From positions 832,001-896,000 of the forward strand of contig CBDCRP010000002.1 in assembly GCA_965221165.1 (NCBI GenBank): 64,000 bases of DNA. The letters are read 5' to 3'. A model generated the notes under the pieces. The model did not search any database. It saw nothing but the letters and a program-made list of their open reading frames with translations, and had not been told where the DNA came from. This DNA is from a bacterium (GTDB taxonomy: Bacteria > UBA8248). Numbering within the stretch: the stretch's first letter is position 1; each line of letters begins with the position of its first letter. Below are positions 39,843 to 48,441 of this stretch, in pieces. The position numbers were made by a program, and so were the translations under genes.

Positions 39843-40748
39843 ATGATGAAAATCGGATTTATCGGACTGGGAAACATGGGGGCGGGCATGGCGGCCAACC
39901 TCCAGAAAGCGGGCTATGAGCTCATCGTTCACGACATCGTCCGCGAGGCCGCGGCGGATCACATCGAGCGAGGCGCACTCTGGGCGGACACTCCCGAAGA
40001 AGTGGCCCGCGCGAGTGAGATCGTCTTCACCTCGCTGCCGGGTCCCAAGGAGGTGGAGAGCGTCGCCACGGGACCGAACGGCATTCTCGCAGGCGTCAGC
40101 GGGGGGAAAGTCTATGTAGACTTGAGCACGGTATATCCTTCCGTCGTCCGCCGCATCCACGAAAAGTTCACGGAAGCCGGCGCACATATGCTCGAAGCCC
40201 CCGTGAGCGGCTCCACCATAGGCGCGAACACGGGGCGTCTGGCCATCATGGCGGGAGGTGAGAAGGAGGTGTATGAGCGCTGCAAGCCCCTTCTCGACGC
40301 CATGGGAGACCGACCCTCCTATACCGGCCCTATCGGCACCGGCGCCGTGTGCAAGCTCGCCCACAATTGCCTGAGCTACGGCATTCAGGCCATCGCGGCG
40401 GAATGCTTTACCCTGGGCGTCAAGGCGGGGGCGGACCCCGCGGTATTGGCCGAAGTGATCCGAAACGGCGCGGTGGGCCGGGCCGTGCACTTCAACTTCG
40501 TCTTCTACGAGACATTCTTCAAGGGGAAATTCGACGAGCCCCATTTTCCCATCAAGGGCGCGGTAAAAGACGTAGGGCTCGCGCTCGAACTCGCCCGCGA
40601 ACACGACGTTCCCATGACGATAGGCAACATCGCCTACGGGGAACTCATTTCAGGTCTCAACCGCGGCTGGGGGGATGATGACGCGAGGCGCGCCATGACG
40701 CTCCAGGAAGAACGCGCGGGCGGCGTGCAGGTGAGAATTTCAGAATAG
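39843..40748 (+). CDS. NAD(P)-dependent beta-hydroxyacid dehydrogenase (3-hydroxyisobutyrate DH family)
   Basis: IGFIGLGNMG, EAPVSG, CKLAHN, KDV. Confidence 0.9.
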   Translation: MMKIGFIGLGNMGAGMAANLQKAGYELIVHDIVREAAADHIERGALWADTPEEVARASEIVFTSLPGPKEVESVATGPNGILAGVSGGKVYVDLSTVYPSVVRRIHEKFTEAGAHMLEAPVSGSTIGANTGRLAIMAGGEKEVYERCKPLLDAMGDRPSYTGPIGTGAVCKLAHNCLSYGIQAIAAECFTLGVKAGADPAVLAEVIRNGAVGRAVHFNFVFYETFFKGKFDEPHFPIKGAVKDVGLALELAREHDVPMTIGNIAYGELISGLNRGWGDDDARRAMTLQEERAGGVQVRISE

Positions 40749-40760
40749 AAGATAATACGC

Positions 40761-41765
40761 GTGAAACACGGAATCGCCATGCTGCCTCCTGCGCCGGAGA
40801 CCTACGCGCACTGGTGCCGACTCTCAGAAGAAGCGGGCTTCGACGTCATCTGGGTGCCGGATTCACAATCCCTCTACAGGGAGCTTTATGTTTCGTGCGC
40901 CATCTGCGCGGCGAACACCTCGCGCGTCCTGCTGGGACCAAACGTCACCAACCCGCTTACGCGGCATCCTGCAACGGCGGCGAGCGCCATCGCCACGGTG
41001 GATGAGTTCTCGGGCGGGCGCGCGCTGTTCGGGATCGCAACGGGCGACAGCGCCGTCCTGAATCTGGGCCTGCGCCCCGGACGCGTGGACGACATGCGCG
41101 ATTACGTGCTCGCCATGCGCGGAATGCTCGAAGAGGGCGCGGTGCACTACCGGGGAAAACCCTGCACGCTTAAATGGCGCAAAAAGCGCATCCCGCTCTA
41201 CGTCGCCGCCGAGGGGCCGCGCACCATCCGCCTTGCGGGCGAGATTGCCGACGGCGTCACCATCGGCACAGGTCTCACGCCGGAAGTGGTGGCGGATTCC
41301 CTCACCTGGCTCGAGGAGGGCGCGAGAAAATCGGGCCGCAAGGTGAACGATCTGGACGTCTGGTGGCTGGCGAAGGTGAACGTACGCGAAGACGGCGAGA
41401 CCGCGCGTGAGGAGATTCGCATGGCCCTTGCAGCGAGCGCGCACCATGCTTTTCGCTTCACGCTCGAGGGCAAACGAATCCCCAAGGAACTGCTTTCCGC
41501 CGTCGAAACCCTGAAAAAAGAATACGCATTCCACGAACACGAGATGGTGGACAAGCAGACGAACGCCGAACTCGTGGACAGGCTCGACCTTCGCGAGTAT
41601 CTACTCGATCGCTTCGCCATCGCGGGCTCGCCCGCCGAATGCAGGCAGAAGATCGAGGACATGAAAGCGACTGGTGTCGAGAACTTGAGAATCGCCGCCC
41701 ACGTGCACGACAAACCCGCCTTCATCCGGGCGTGGGGCCGTGAGATTATCAGCCAAATCAAGTAA
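40761..41765 (+). CDS. LLM-class Mer-like (likely F420-dependent) oxidoreductase
   Basis: WVPDSQ, VTNPLTRHP, GIATGDS, YVAAEGPRT..AGEIADG. Confidence 0.88.
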   Translation: MKHGIAMLPPAPETYAHWCRLSEEAGFDVIWVPDSQSLYRELYVSCAICAANTSRVLLGPNVTNPLTRHPATAASAIATVDEFSGGRALFGIATGDSAVLNLGLRPGRVDDMRDYVLAMRGMLEEGAVHYRGKPCTLKWRKKRIPLYVAAEGPRTIRLAGEIADGVTIGTGLTPEVVADSLTWLEEGARKSGRKVNDLDVWWLAKVNVREDGETAREEIRMALAASAHHAFRFTLEGKRIPKELLSAVETLKKEYAFHEHEMVDKQTNAELVDRLDLREYLLDRFAIAGSPAECRQKIEDMKATGVENLRIAAHVHDKPAFIRAWGREIISQIK

Positions 41766-41782
41766 CGAAAGAGGACATCTTC

Positions 41783-42784
41783 ATGAGACACGGCATTTCA
41801 TTCAGACCGCCCGACACGGATTCATTCGCCCATTGGTGTAAGTGCGCGGAAGAACTCGGCTTCGATGCGGTATTCATCCCCGATACCCAGTCCCTTTACC
41901 GGGAGGTCTACGTCTCGAGCGCGATATGCGCGATGGAGACGAGCGAGATCATCTTCGGCCCTTGCGTCACGAACCCCGTCACGAGGCACCCGGCGGTTGC
42001 CGCGAGCGCCATCGGCACCATCAGCGAGCTATCCGGCGGGCGCGCCTTCTGGGGTATCGCCACGGGCGACAGCGCGGTTTTGAACTTGGGTCTCAGGCCC
42101 GCGAAGCTCGCCGAGATGCGCGAATACATCCTCGCCGTGCGGGGCATGCTCGAAGAAGGAAGCGCCCGGTTCAAGGGTAAGAACACCCGGCTGAGCTGGC
42201 ACAAATCCCACGTGCCCATCCACATCGCCGCCGAAGGCCCCAAAACCTTAAGCCTGGCGGGCGAGGTGGCCGACGGCGTCATCATCGGAACCGGCCTCAT
42301 CCCCGAGGTCATCGCGGATACGCTCGGGTTCATCGACGAGGGCGCCAAGAAATCAGGCAAAAGGGTGGAAGATCTGGATCTCTGGTGGCTGGTGGACGCC
42401 CACGTGGACGCAGACGGCGAGCGCGCCCGCGAGGACATCCGCACCGCTCTCGCCGCGAGCGCGCATCACTCCTTCGCCTTCACGATGGAGAACAAGCGAA
42501 TCCCCAAGGAACTCGAATCCGCCATCCGCGCGCTGAGAGACGGCTACCAGACTTCGGAGCACGGCTTCATGGACAAGTCGAACAATGCAGGCCTAGTCGA
42601 TGAGTTCGGGCTGAGAGATTACCTCGCCGAGCGTTTCGCCATCGTCGGCACGCCTGAAGAATGCCAGAAGAGACTCCAGGACCTCGAAAACCTGGGCGTC
42701 AAGGGGCTTCGCATCAACAACAACCTGCCCGACAGAACCGTCTTCATGAACGCCTGGGCCAAGGAGGTGCGGGGGAGAGTTTGA
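41783..42784 (+). CDS. LLM-class Mer-like oxidoreductase, tandem paralog
   Basis: Same motifs as 40761-41765 (PDTQSLYRE, VTNPVTRHP, GIATGDSAVLNLG). Confidence 0.88.
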   Translation: MRHGISFRPPDTDSFAHWCKCAEELGFDAVFIPDTQSLYREVYVSSAICAMETSEIIFGPCVTNPVTRHPAVAASAIGTISELSGGRAFWGIATGDSAVLNLGLRPAKLAEMREYILAVRGMLEEGSARFKGKNTRLSWHKSHVPIHIAAEGPKTLSLAGEVADGVIIGTGLIPEVIADTLGFIDEGAKKSGKRVEDLDLWWLVDAHVDADGERAREDIRTALAASAHHSFAFTMENKRIPKELESAIRALRDGYQTSEHGFMDKSNNAGLVDEFGLRDYLAERFAIVGTPEECQKRLQDLENLGVKGLRINNNLPDRTVFMNAWAKEVRGRV

Positions 42785-42937
42785 GGAACCAAAATTCCAG
42801 GTGATCGAAGCGCCAAAGTCCTACTGGATGGATATTAACGGGAGATTTCCCTAAGGCCTTGCCTTCGGTTAGAATGGGGCAAATTCTAAAGACGGGTGAA
42901 TTCGACCTCCCCGTACAATCTCTTACTGGAGGATGAC

Positions 42938-43492
42938 ATGAACGAAATGACGAAGGAAAAGGAGAAAATTCTCGTCTACGAACCCGTGGCGGAGGCTCCG
43001 GGCGCGAGCGCCGTCATGGCCGAGCGGCCCGAGAGCTTAAACGGCAAGAGCGTCGGTCTCATCAACAACACCAAGGATTTCACCGATGAGATTTTCGATG
43101 TGATGGGCGCCGCGCTTGAAAAACAGTTCCCCGGCGTGCGCGTCGTGCGCTACCGGAAAGAATCCGTGAGCGGCGCATCGCCCGCCCTCATGGAGCAGGT
43201 GGAAGGAGAGTGCGACGCCGTCGTATCCGCACTCGGCGACTGAGGCTCGTGCACGTCGTGGAGTATCCACGACAGCGTTGCTCTCGAGAAAAGAGGGCTG
43301 GCCACGGTCACCATCGTCACCGACGCATTCGAGAATTACGCGAAGCAGCTCACCAAGCTGCACAAGATGAACGAGCTTCCCCTCGTCGCACTTCCCCATC
43401 CCATTGCGGGCAGAAAGCGCGAGGAGGTGGATGAGATGTCGGCGAGAGCGAGCGAATTTCTGGCGCACGCCCTCACACAGGCGAGCGGCTGA
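42938..43492 (+). CDS. UGSC-family selenoprotein (Sec at TGA 43241-43243)
   Basis: ALGD-TGA-GSCTSWSIHD..LEKRG continues in frame to TGA 43490; GGAGG SD. Confidence 0.9.
43255..43273 (+). promoter_or_regulatory. Bacterial SECIS-like hairpin
   Basis: GTCGTGGA-gta-TCCACGAC starting 11 nt after the TGA. Confidence 0.7.
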
Positions 43493-43499
43493 TATCGGC

Positions 43500-44600
43500 A
43501 TGAGTTCGCCACAGCCTGCCCGCCAGATAGCGCTCGATGAAGACCCAGGCGCGATATTCGAGCACTTCTACGAAGAAGGCTGGACGGACGGGCTGCCCAT
43601 CATCCCACCGACGGAAGAGCGCGTCGCTGAGACCTTACGCTTCACGGACTATGCGCCGCATGACGTCATCGCCAACGTTCCGCCGAGAAACGCGCCCGCC
43701 ACGTTGGAGAACATCGCCATAAACGCCGTGATGGCGGGCTGCAGACCGGAGTATCTGCCCGTGCTCATCGCCGCAGTAGGGGCCATGACGGAACCCGCCT
43801 ACAACCTCTACGGCCGCCAGACGACCACCCACCCCGGCGCGCACCTGATGATAGTCCACGGGCCGGTACGAAACGAACTGGAAGTCAACTGCCGCCAGAA
43901 CGCCTTCGGCCAGGGCCGACGCGCGAACGCGACGCTCGGGCGCGCGGTGAGGCTCCTGATGATGAACGCCGGCGGCGGCATCCCCGGCGTGACGGACATG
44001 GCCACCCACGGGCATCCGGGAAAATACTCCTACACCATCGGTGAGGACGAGGAGGGAAGCCCCTGGCAGCCATTTCATGTCGACAGGGGTTTCTCGCCCG
44101 ATACTTCCGCCGTCACCATGCTCTGCGCCGAGTCGCCCCACAACGTGAACGATCTGGTGAGCAAGACGACCCATAAGTATCTCGGCACCGCGGCTTCGGC
44201 CATGAGTCACTTAGGCGCCAACGGCGTCTACCGGAGCGGGCTGCCGAGCGAGCAGATGCTGGTGCTGACCGCCGAGGCGGCGACGTGGCTGTCGGATCAG
44301 GGGTGGACGAAGGCCGACGTATCCCAGTTCATCTACGAAACGGCGCGCCAGCCGATTCGCCTCATGCGCGACCGCGGCGGCTTCGACATGACGCCGCTCG
44401 CTCCTTTCGTGAACCTCGATGAGGATGAGGACATGGCCCCCATCGTCCCGAGACCCGAAGACATCCTCATCGTGGTCGCAGGCGGCCACGGCCGCCACAT
44501 GCAGGCCGTCCTCACGGCGAGCTACAACCTGAGCGTCACCAAGCCCATCACCAGAAAAGACGGAACGCCGGTTGGGTCGGTAAGGGAGTTTGTGGAGTAG
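43500..44600 (+). CDS. UGSC-associated conserved protein
   Basis: GWTDGLPIIPPT, IAINAVMAGCRPEY, RANATLGRA, GHPGKY motifs recalled from UGSC partner proteins. Confidence 0.8.
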   Translation: MSSPQPARQIALDEDPGAIFEHFYEEGWTDGLPIIPPTEERVAETLRFTDYAPHDVIANVPPRNAPATLENIAINAVMAGCRPEYLPVLIAAVGAMTEPAYNLYGRQTTTHPGAHLMIVHGPVRNELEVNCRQNAFGQGRRANATLGRAVRLLMMNAGGGIPGVTDMATHGHPGKYSYTIGEDEEGSPWQPFHVDRGFSPDTSAVTMLCAESPHNVNDLVSKTTHKYLGTAASAMSHLGANGVYRSGLPSEQMLVLTAEAATWLSDQGWTKADVSQFIYETARQPIRLMRDRGGFDMTPLAPFVNLDEDEDMAPIVPRPEDILIVVAGGHGRHMQAVLTASYNLSVTKPITRKDGTPVGSVREFVE

Positions 44601-44611
44601 AGCGCACCCCC

Positions 44612-45988
44612 CTACCTCTCGAGGTTCATGCCGAACTGGCCCGCGATGTGGGTGATGAGCTTGCCTGCGGCATCGTCGCTCATCCAGCCGCGCGTGGTGG
44701 CCGTCTCAAGCGCCGTGCTCACGCGCAAAAGGGCCTGGGATATCTTCTCGGTATCGCGCACGGATATCTCCGGCAGAACGGGCGAGACGCCCGAGCGCAG
44801 CGCCTCTTCAGACAATGCGCCCGCACGGTGGGCTTCTTCGAGTTGTTTGTCGGCTATGGCTTGCAGAATGTGGCGCACGGTGCGCTGGCACCGCGTCATC
44901 TTCTTGAGCGTGGGCTGATCCATCGACTCGGCCGAGGCGCGGTTCACGTCCTCCCCCTGGGCGAACCAGTGGGAAGGGATGCCCACGCCGCCCAGGAGAA
45001 GCCCCCGCATCATCTTGGCGATTCCCTGAGCGCCGGTTTCTCCGCCTTTCAAGTCGGGCGAGACGGCCTGCCACTCCTCCTTCTCGTTATGCACGCGCAC
45101 GCTCGAGGGCTTGGGCGCGACGCCGTTCTCAGACAGCCACTCGGCTATCTTCTCGGGGCCTGCGCCCTTTAAGGTGACGTCGTAGATGAAGCTGTTCTGC
45201 AGACGCGCGCGCTCCACGGCGTCGAAGATGAAGCGCTCATAGGTGTCTATCCAGTCGATGGCGGCGAGCAAATCAGAAGCCCCCCGCGCCGCGTCACTCG
45301 CCTTGTTGATCTGGAACAAGAACGCCTCCCCGTCCGTGAAGCGCGCGCGCTCCTTCTGGGCGGATGCGCTCAGATAACCGCGCGGGTCGCCCCCCAGAAC
45401 CGTTTTGATTCTCTTGCCCTTGCGCGCCGCTCCGCTTGGGCCTTGGGCGCGCAGGACGACCCCGATGGGCAGGGCGCAGTTGTCCGGGTCCATCACCACC
45501 TCTTCTATCAGGCGGGGGCTGACGTAGCCCAGGCGAACACGCCCCTCGAAGCGCGAGACGGCGACCGGCAGAATGAGTTCCCCGAAAATGCCGAGTTCCG
45601 AGACCAGCCGCTCGAAGCGGATGTCCATCTGGTTCACGGGGTCGCTCCAGAACGCCTCTACCGCGCGCAGGGCGCGCTCGTCCTCCGCATACCAGCTCAC
45701 CCCCTCGCCCACGACGTGATCCGTCACGATTTCGATCAGGCGCTGGCCCATGAGGTTCGTGAGCCACAACTCGTGCGCCAAGGCCTGCATGCGCGCGTGG
45801 GTGTGGGGAGCGACCCCGCTCCGCCCCTCGCCCAGGGGCCGCCAGATTCTCTCATCCGGGTCAATCTCCGCGCTCATTCGCCCGGAACGCTGCGCGGCCG
45901 CTTTTACTCGCGCCGCAACGTCCCCTTTTCTCTTGAGTCCCGTCCTCCGACCGGGAGCCTTCACGCTCTTTGCTTTCTCCATTCTCAT
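44612..45988 (-). CDS. Phage portal protein
   Basis: 458 aa directly after the terminase; IFGELILPV, RGASDL, RVHNEKEEW, GVGIPSHWF..DVNRASA. Confidence 0.82.
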   Translation of the reverse strand: MRMEKAKSVKAPGRRTGLKRKGDVAARVKAAAQRSGRMSAEIDPDERIWRPLGEGRSGVAPHTHARMQALAHELWLTNLMGQRLIEIVTDHVVGEGVSWYAEDERALRAVEAFWSDPVNQMDIRFERLVSELGIFGELILPVAVSRFEGRVRLGYVSPRLIEEVVMDPDNCALPIGVVLRAQGPSGAARKGKRIKTVLGGDPRGYLSASAQKERARFTDGEAFLFQINKASDAARGASDLLAAIDWIDTYERFIFDAVERARLQNSFIYDVTLKGAGPEKIAEWLSENGVAPKPSSVRVHNEKEEWQAVSPDLKGGETGAQGIAKMMRGLLLGGVGIPSHWFAQGEDVNRASAESMDQPTLKKMTRCQRTVRHILQAIADKQLEEAHRAGALSEEALRSGVSPVLPEISVRDTEKISQALLRVSTALETATTRGWMSDDAAGKLITHIAGQFGMNLER

Positions 45989-46632
45989 CTCCTCCTGAGC
46001 ATCCGCTGATCCAAAGTCTGCGGAACCACCGTTCCCCCGGCGAGGGGGGCCAGCATTCCCTCGCTCTGCGCCAGGGATTCGGCCAGCCGCGCATAGGCGC
46101 AGGCGAACCCGAAGTGGTTCTCGTTTCGCTCATACGCCAGCACCGTCTCCCCGGAGGAGCGGATGCGCGGCTTTTTCCTCAAATTCATCAGATGACGCTC
46201 CACCTCGCTCAAAAGCGCCTCCTCCCCGGTATCCTTAGGACCCGGCAGCAAGACCCGCCCGGCTCCCTCGTGAAACTCCTCCACCAGGTGATCGAGAAGG
46301 TCCTCGCGGTTCATCCGCACGTGGCGGCGCTCCACCCCCAGGAACGAGACCCCCTTGGTCTGCATCTCCCCTTCGGTATGCCGCCAGATGAAGCCGCCAT
46401 CGGGATTCAGGTCGTACACCGCGCGCGCGGCCTGGGTGTGGGGTCCGCCGTCGACCACGAACGCCTCGACGCCCAGACTCGAGAATATCACGCAGCACCG
46501 CTCGCTGAGCCGCTCGACCGGCGGGGCTTCAAAATAAATCCACCGGACGGGCCGGCCTCCCTCGCCCTCGCGCACCGCAACCGCGCAAACATCGCCCGTG
46601 TCGATTCCGCAGAAGCGATGGGGCGCGCTCAT
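45985..46632 (-). CDS. Terminase large subunit, C-terminal nuclease part
   Basis: RNase-H-like FCGIDTG, VVDGGP, NHFGFA; own GGAGG SD and ATG overlapping the upstream TGA. Confidence 0.78.
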   Translation of the reverse strand: MSAPHRFCGIDTGDVCAVAVREGEGGRPVRWIYFEAPPVERLSERCCVIFSSLGVEAFVVDGGPHTQAARAVYDLNPDGGFIWRHTEGEMQTKGVSFLGVERRHVRMNREDLLDHLVEEFHEGAGRVLLPGPKDTGEEALLSEVERHLMNLRKKPRIRSSGETVLAYERNENHFGFACAYARLAESLAQSEGMLAPLAGGTVVPQTLDQRMLRRR

Positions 46633-47687
46633 GCGGGCGCCTCCACCAAACGATAGGGTGCGGCATCGCGCAGAATTCTGAGCAGTTCCCTGGAAATCGG
46701 CTGGACGTCCCCCGCATCCGGGGTGGCGAGCGTCGAGCAGCGAAACCGCGCCTTCTCGCTCGGAAGCGTGGCGGCGGCCCATTTCGCCGCGATGCGATCG
46801 AGACGCACCGCGCCGATTGCGAGCTGGGAGAGGCGGTAGCTCCTGTTCCGCCGACCCGCCCGCGCGGCCTCCCACCGTCCGGCTCCCCGGTCGAGCGCGC
46901 CGCCGCAGGCCGGACACGCGAGGCCGCCTGCACACAGGATTCGCGGCCAGTTCTCCTCTAATACGCTCTCCGCACGACACTTTGGACAAGTCACATGCCA
47001 GCGCCTCTGGTCGCCCGCCTCGTACATGGCGTGAATGCCCGCGCCCGGGCTTCGTCCCACGGCGAGGTTCAGCGTCAGGGCGAGCGGTGAGGCGTCGATG
47101 CGGTCGTTCGACCATTTGAGATTATCCGGCGGGAGGTCGTCCACCTCGTCGCGGACAAGGACGTCGAGCGGGATAGATATGGCGTTGCCCACGTCTCTAA
47201 GGCCCAGTATGTACAAAAAACGCGAACCCCCGGAGCAGGGGAACTCCTTGAGTCCCTTGGGCGATGCGCCCTTGTATTTCCCGTCGCGCATGATCGAAGC
47301 GATTTTTTCGTTCCGAAGCGCCGGGCGCACCCGCGTCTGATCGAAGCGGTCGGCGAAATCCTGATCGGGCAAAAAATAGCCCACGTTCAGGCGGTGGACG
47401 ATGACGCCGTACAGCGCGAGGCCAATCGCGAGGGTGGTCATGCCCACCTGCGCGCCCTTCAAGACGCTGATGGTCTGATCGGGCGTGCGTTTTTCGAGAA
47501 TATCGTCGAGCGCGGCGGTGGGCTCCAGGAGCGCTTCACGGCCCTTAAACGCGAACGAGCCGGTATCGGTCCTTATCTCGCTCGTCAGAAACCGAGCCAG
47601 CCCGCGCGCCTCGCCCGAGAAGCGGGACGCCCCGCCGGCAACCAAAGTGATGCCGGGCGTTCGGATGATTTTTCGGGAACTGCGCAA
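46629..47687 (-). CDS. Terminase large subunit (GpA-like), N-terminal ATPase part
   Basis: Walker A KGAQVGMT, YFLP, Walker B DEVD, DQRRWHVTCPKC..CPAC zinc ribbon. Confidence 0.88.
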   Translation of the reverse strand: MRSSRKIIRTPGITLVAGGASRFSGEARGLARFLTSEIRTDTGSFAFKGREALLEPTAALDDILEKRTPDQTISVLKGAQVGMTTLAIGLALYGVIVHRLNVGYFLPDQDFADRFDQTRVRPALRNEKIASIMRDGKYKGASPKGLKEFPCSGGSRFLYILGLRDVGNAISIPLDVLVRDEVDDLPPDNLKWSNDRIDASPLALTLNLAVGRSPGAGIHAMYEAGDQRRWHVTCPKCRAESVLEENWPRILCAGGLACPACGGALDRGAGRWEAARAGRRNRSYRLSQLAIGAVRLDRIAAKWAAATLPSEKARFRCSTLATPDAGDVQPISRELLRILRDAAPYRLVEAPA

Positions 47688-47738
47688 AGCCTGTATTCCT
47701 CCATACCGAGGATGCCGCGCGCATCCTCACGGGGGAGG

Positions 47739-47790
47739 AATATAGGGGAGCAAAGCGGGGAACCATGACACGCAAATGCGGGGAAATGCG
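47739..47790 (-). promoter_or_regulatory. Shared phage-module promoter element, copy 2 (terminase-portal)
   Basis: Plus strand AATATA 47739-44, AAATGCG 47774-80 and 47784-90; 29-nt gap. Confidence 0.8.
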
Positions 47791-47818
47791 CGCTCGGACG
47801 CGCCGGGGGCGCGCGCCT

Positions 47819-48052
47819 CTAATCACGCATGTTCTCGAACTGGAGCGCGAGCCTTAAGTTCAGCCCCCGGCAGAGGGACATCACCTGCTGTAAGTCGTCT
47901 CGCTTCTTGCCGCTCACTCTCAGCTGATCCCCTTGAACCGCGACCTGAACCTTCATTTTCGCCGCCTTCACCTTCTTGACGATCTCGCGCGCCGAATCCT
48001 GATCCACCCCTTGTTTCACGAGGAGGGTTTGTCTGAGCGCGCCGCCCGAGGC
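47819..48052 (-). pseudogene. yajQ: 3' half of yajQ (c-di-GMP/nucleotide-binding protein)
   Basis: ASGG..RQ..KQG..KVQVAVQGDQLRVSGKKRDDLQ..LQFENMRD; N-terminal half absent. Confidence 0.8.
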
Positions 48053-48283
48053 GTATTCGTCGCCAAGGGATTCGGCGGCGTTGGCTTTGCCGAGGGCGTC
48101 GGCATGGGCGGACAGGTCTGGATCCAGACCGTGAGCGTCGTCGCCACGCTCGTCTATTCGGGCGTCGTCTCCTTCCTCATCCTGAAAATAGTGGACGCCA
48201 TGGTGGGCTTGAGAGCCGACGCCAACGAGGAATCGGGCGGTCTCGACCTCATGATGCACAACGAATCGGCCTACGAACGCTAG
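48050..48283 (+). pseudogene. amtB: 3' end of ammonium transporter
   Basis: GVF..GGVG..QVWIQ..ILKIVDAMVGLR..EESGGLDLMMHNESAY is the Amt C-terminus; the rest is absent. Confidence 0.8.
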
Positions 48284-48292
48284 GCCGTACAG

Positions 48293-48345
48293 AAAAAGAC
48301 CCCGGGGCGCGTCCCCGGGGTTGCACGTTCCCGTGAACGTGCAAC
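48293..48345 (-). terminator. Tandem hairpins/terminator between the amtB fragment and the cyclase
   Basis: ACCCCGGGG/CCCCGGGGT (48299-48321) with a T-tract on the minus strand, and GTTGCACGTTC/GAACGTGCAAC (48320-48345). Confidence 0.6.
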
Positions 48346-48441
48346 TTCCCCGAGAAGGGGAGGCGCGAAAAACCCTCTACGGAATTCCGATTGAAAAGAT
48401 GATTCCCGGCGGCGGCCAGAAGCCGCAACGGACGCCTCGGT

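Noticed and set aside
47819-48283. 146-aa and 116-aa ORFs as full genes
   Set aside because: Each N-terminal half is the antisense of the other gene's fragment
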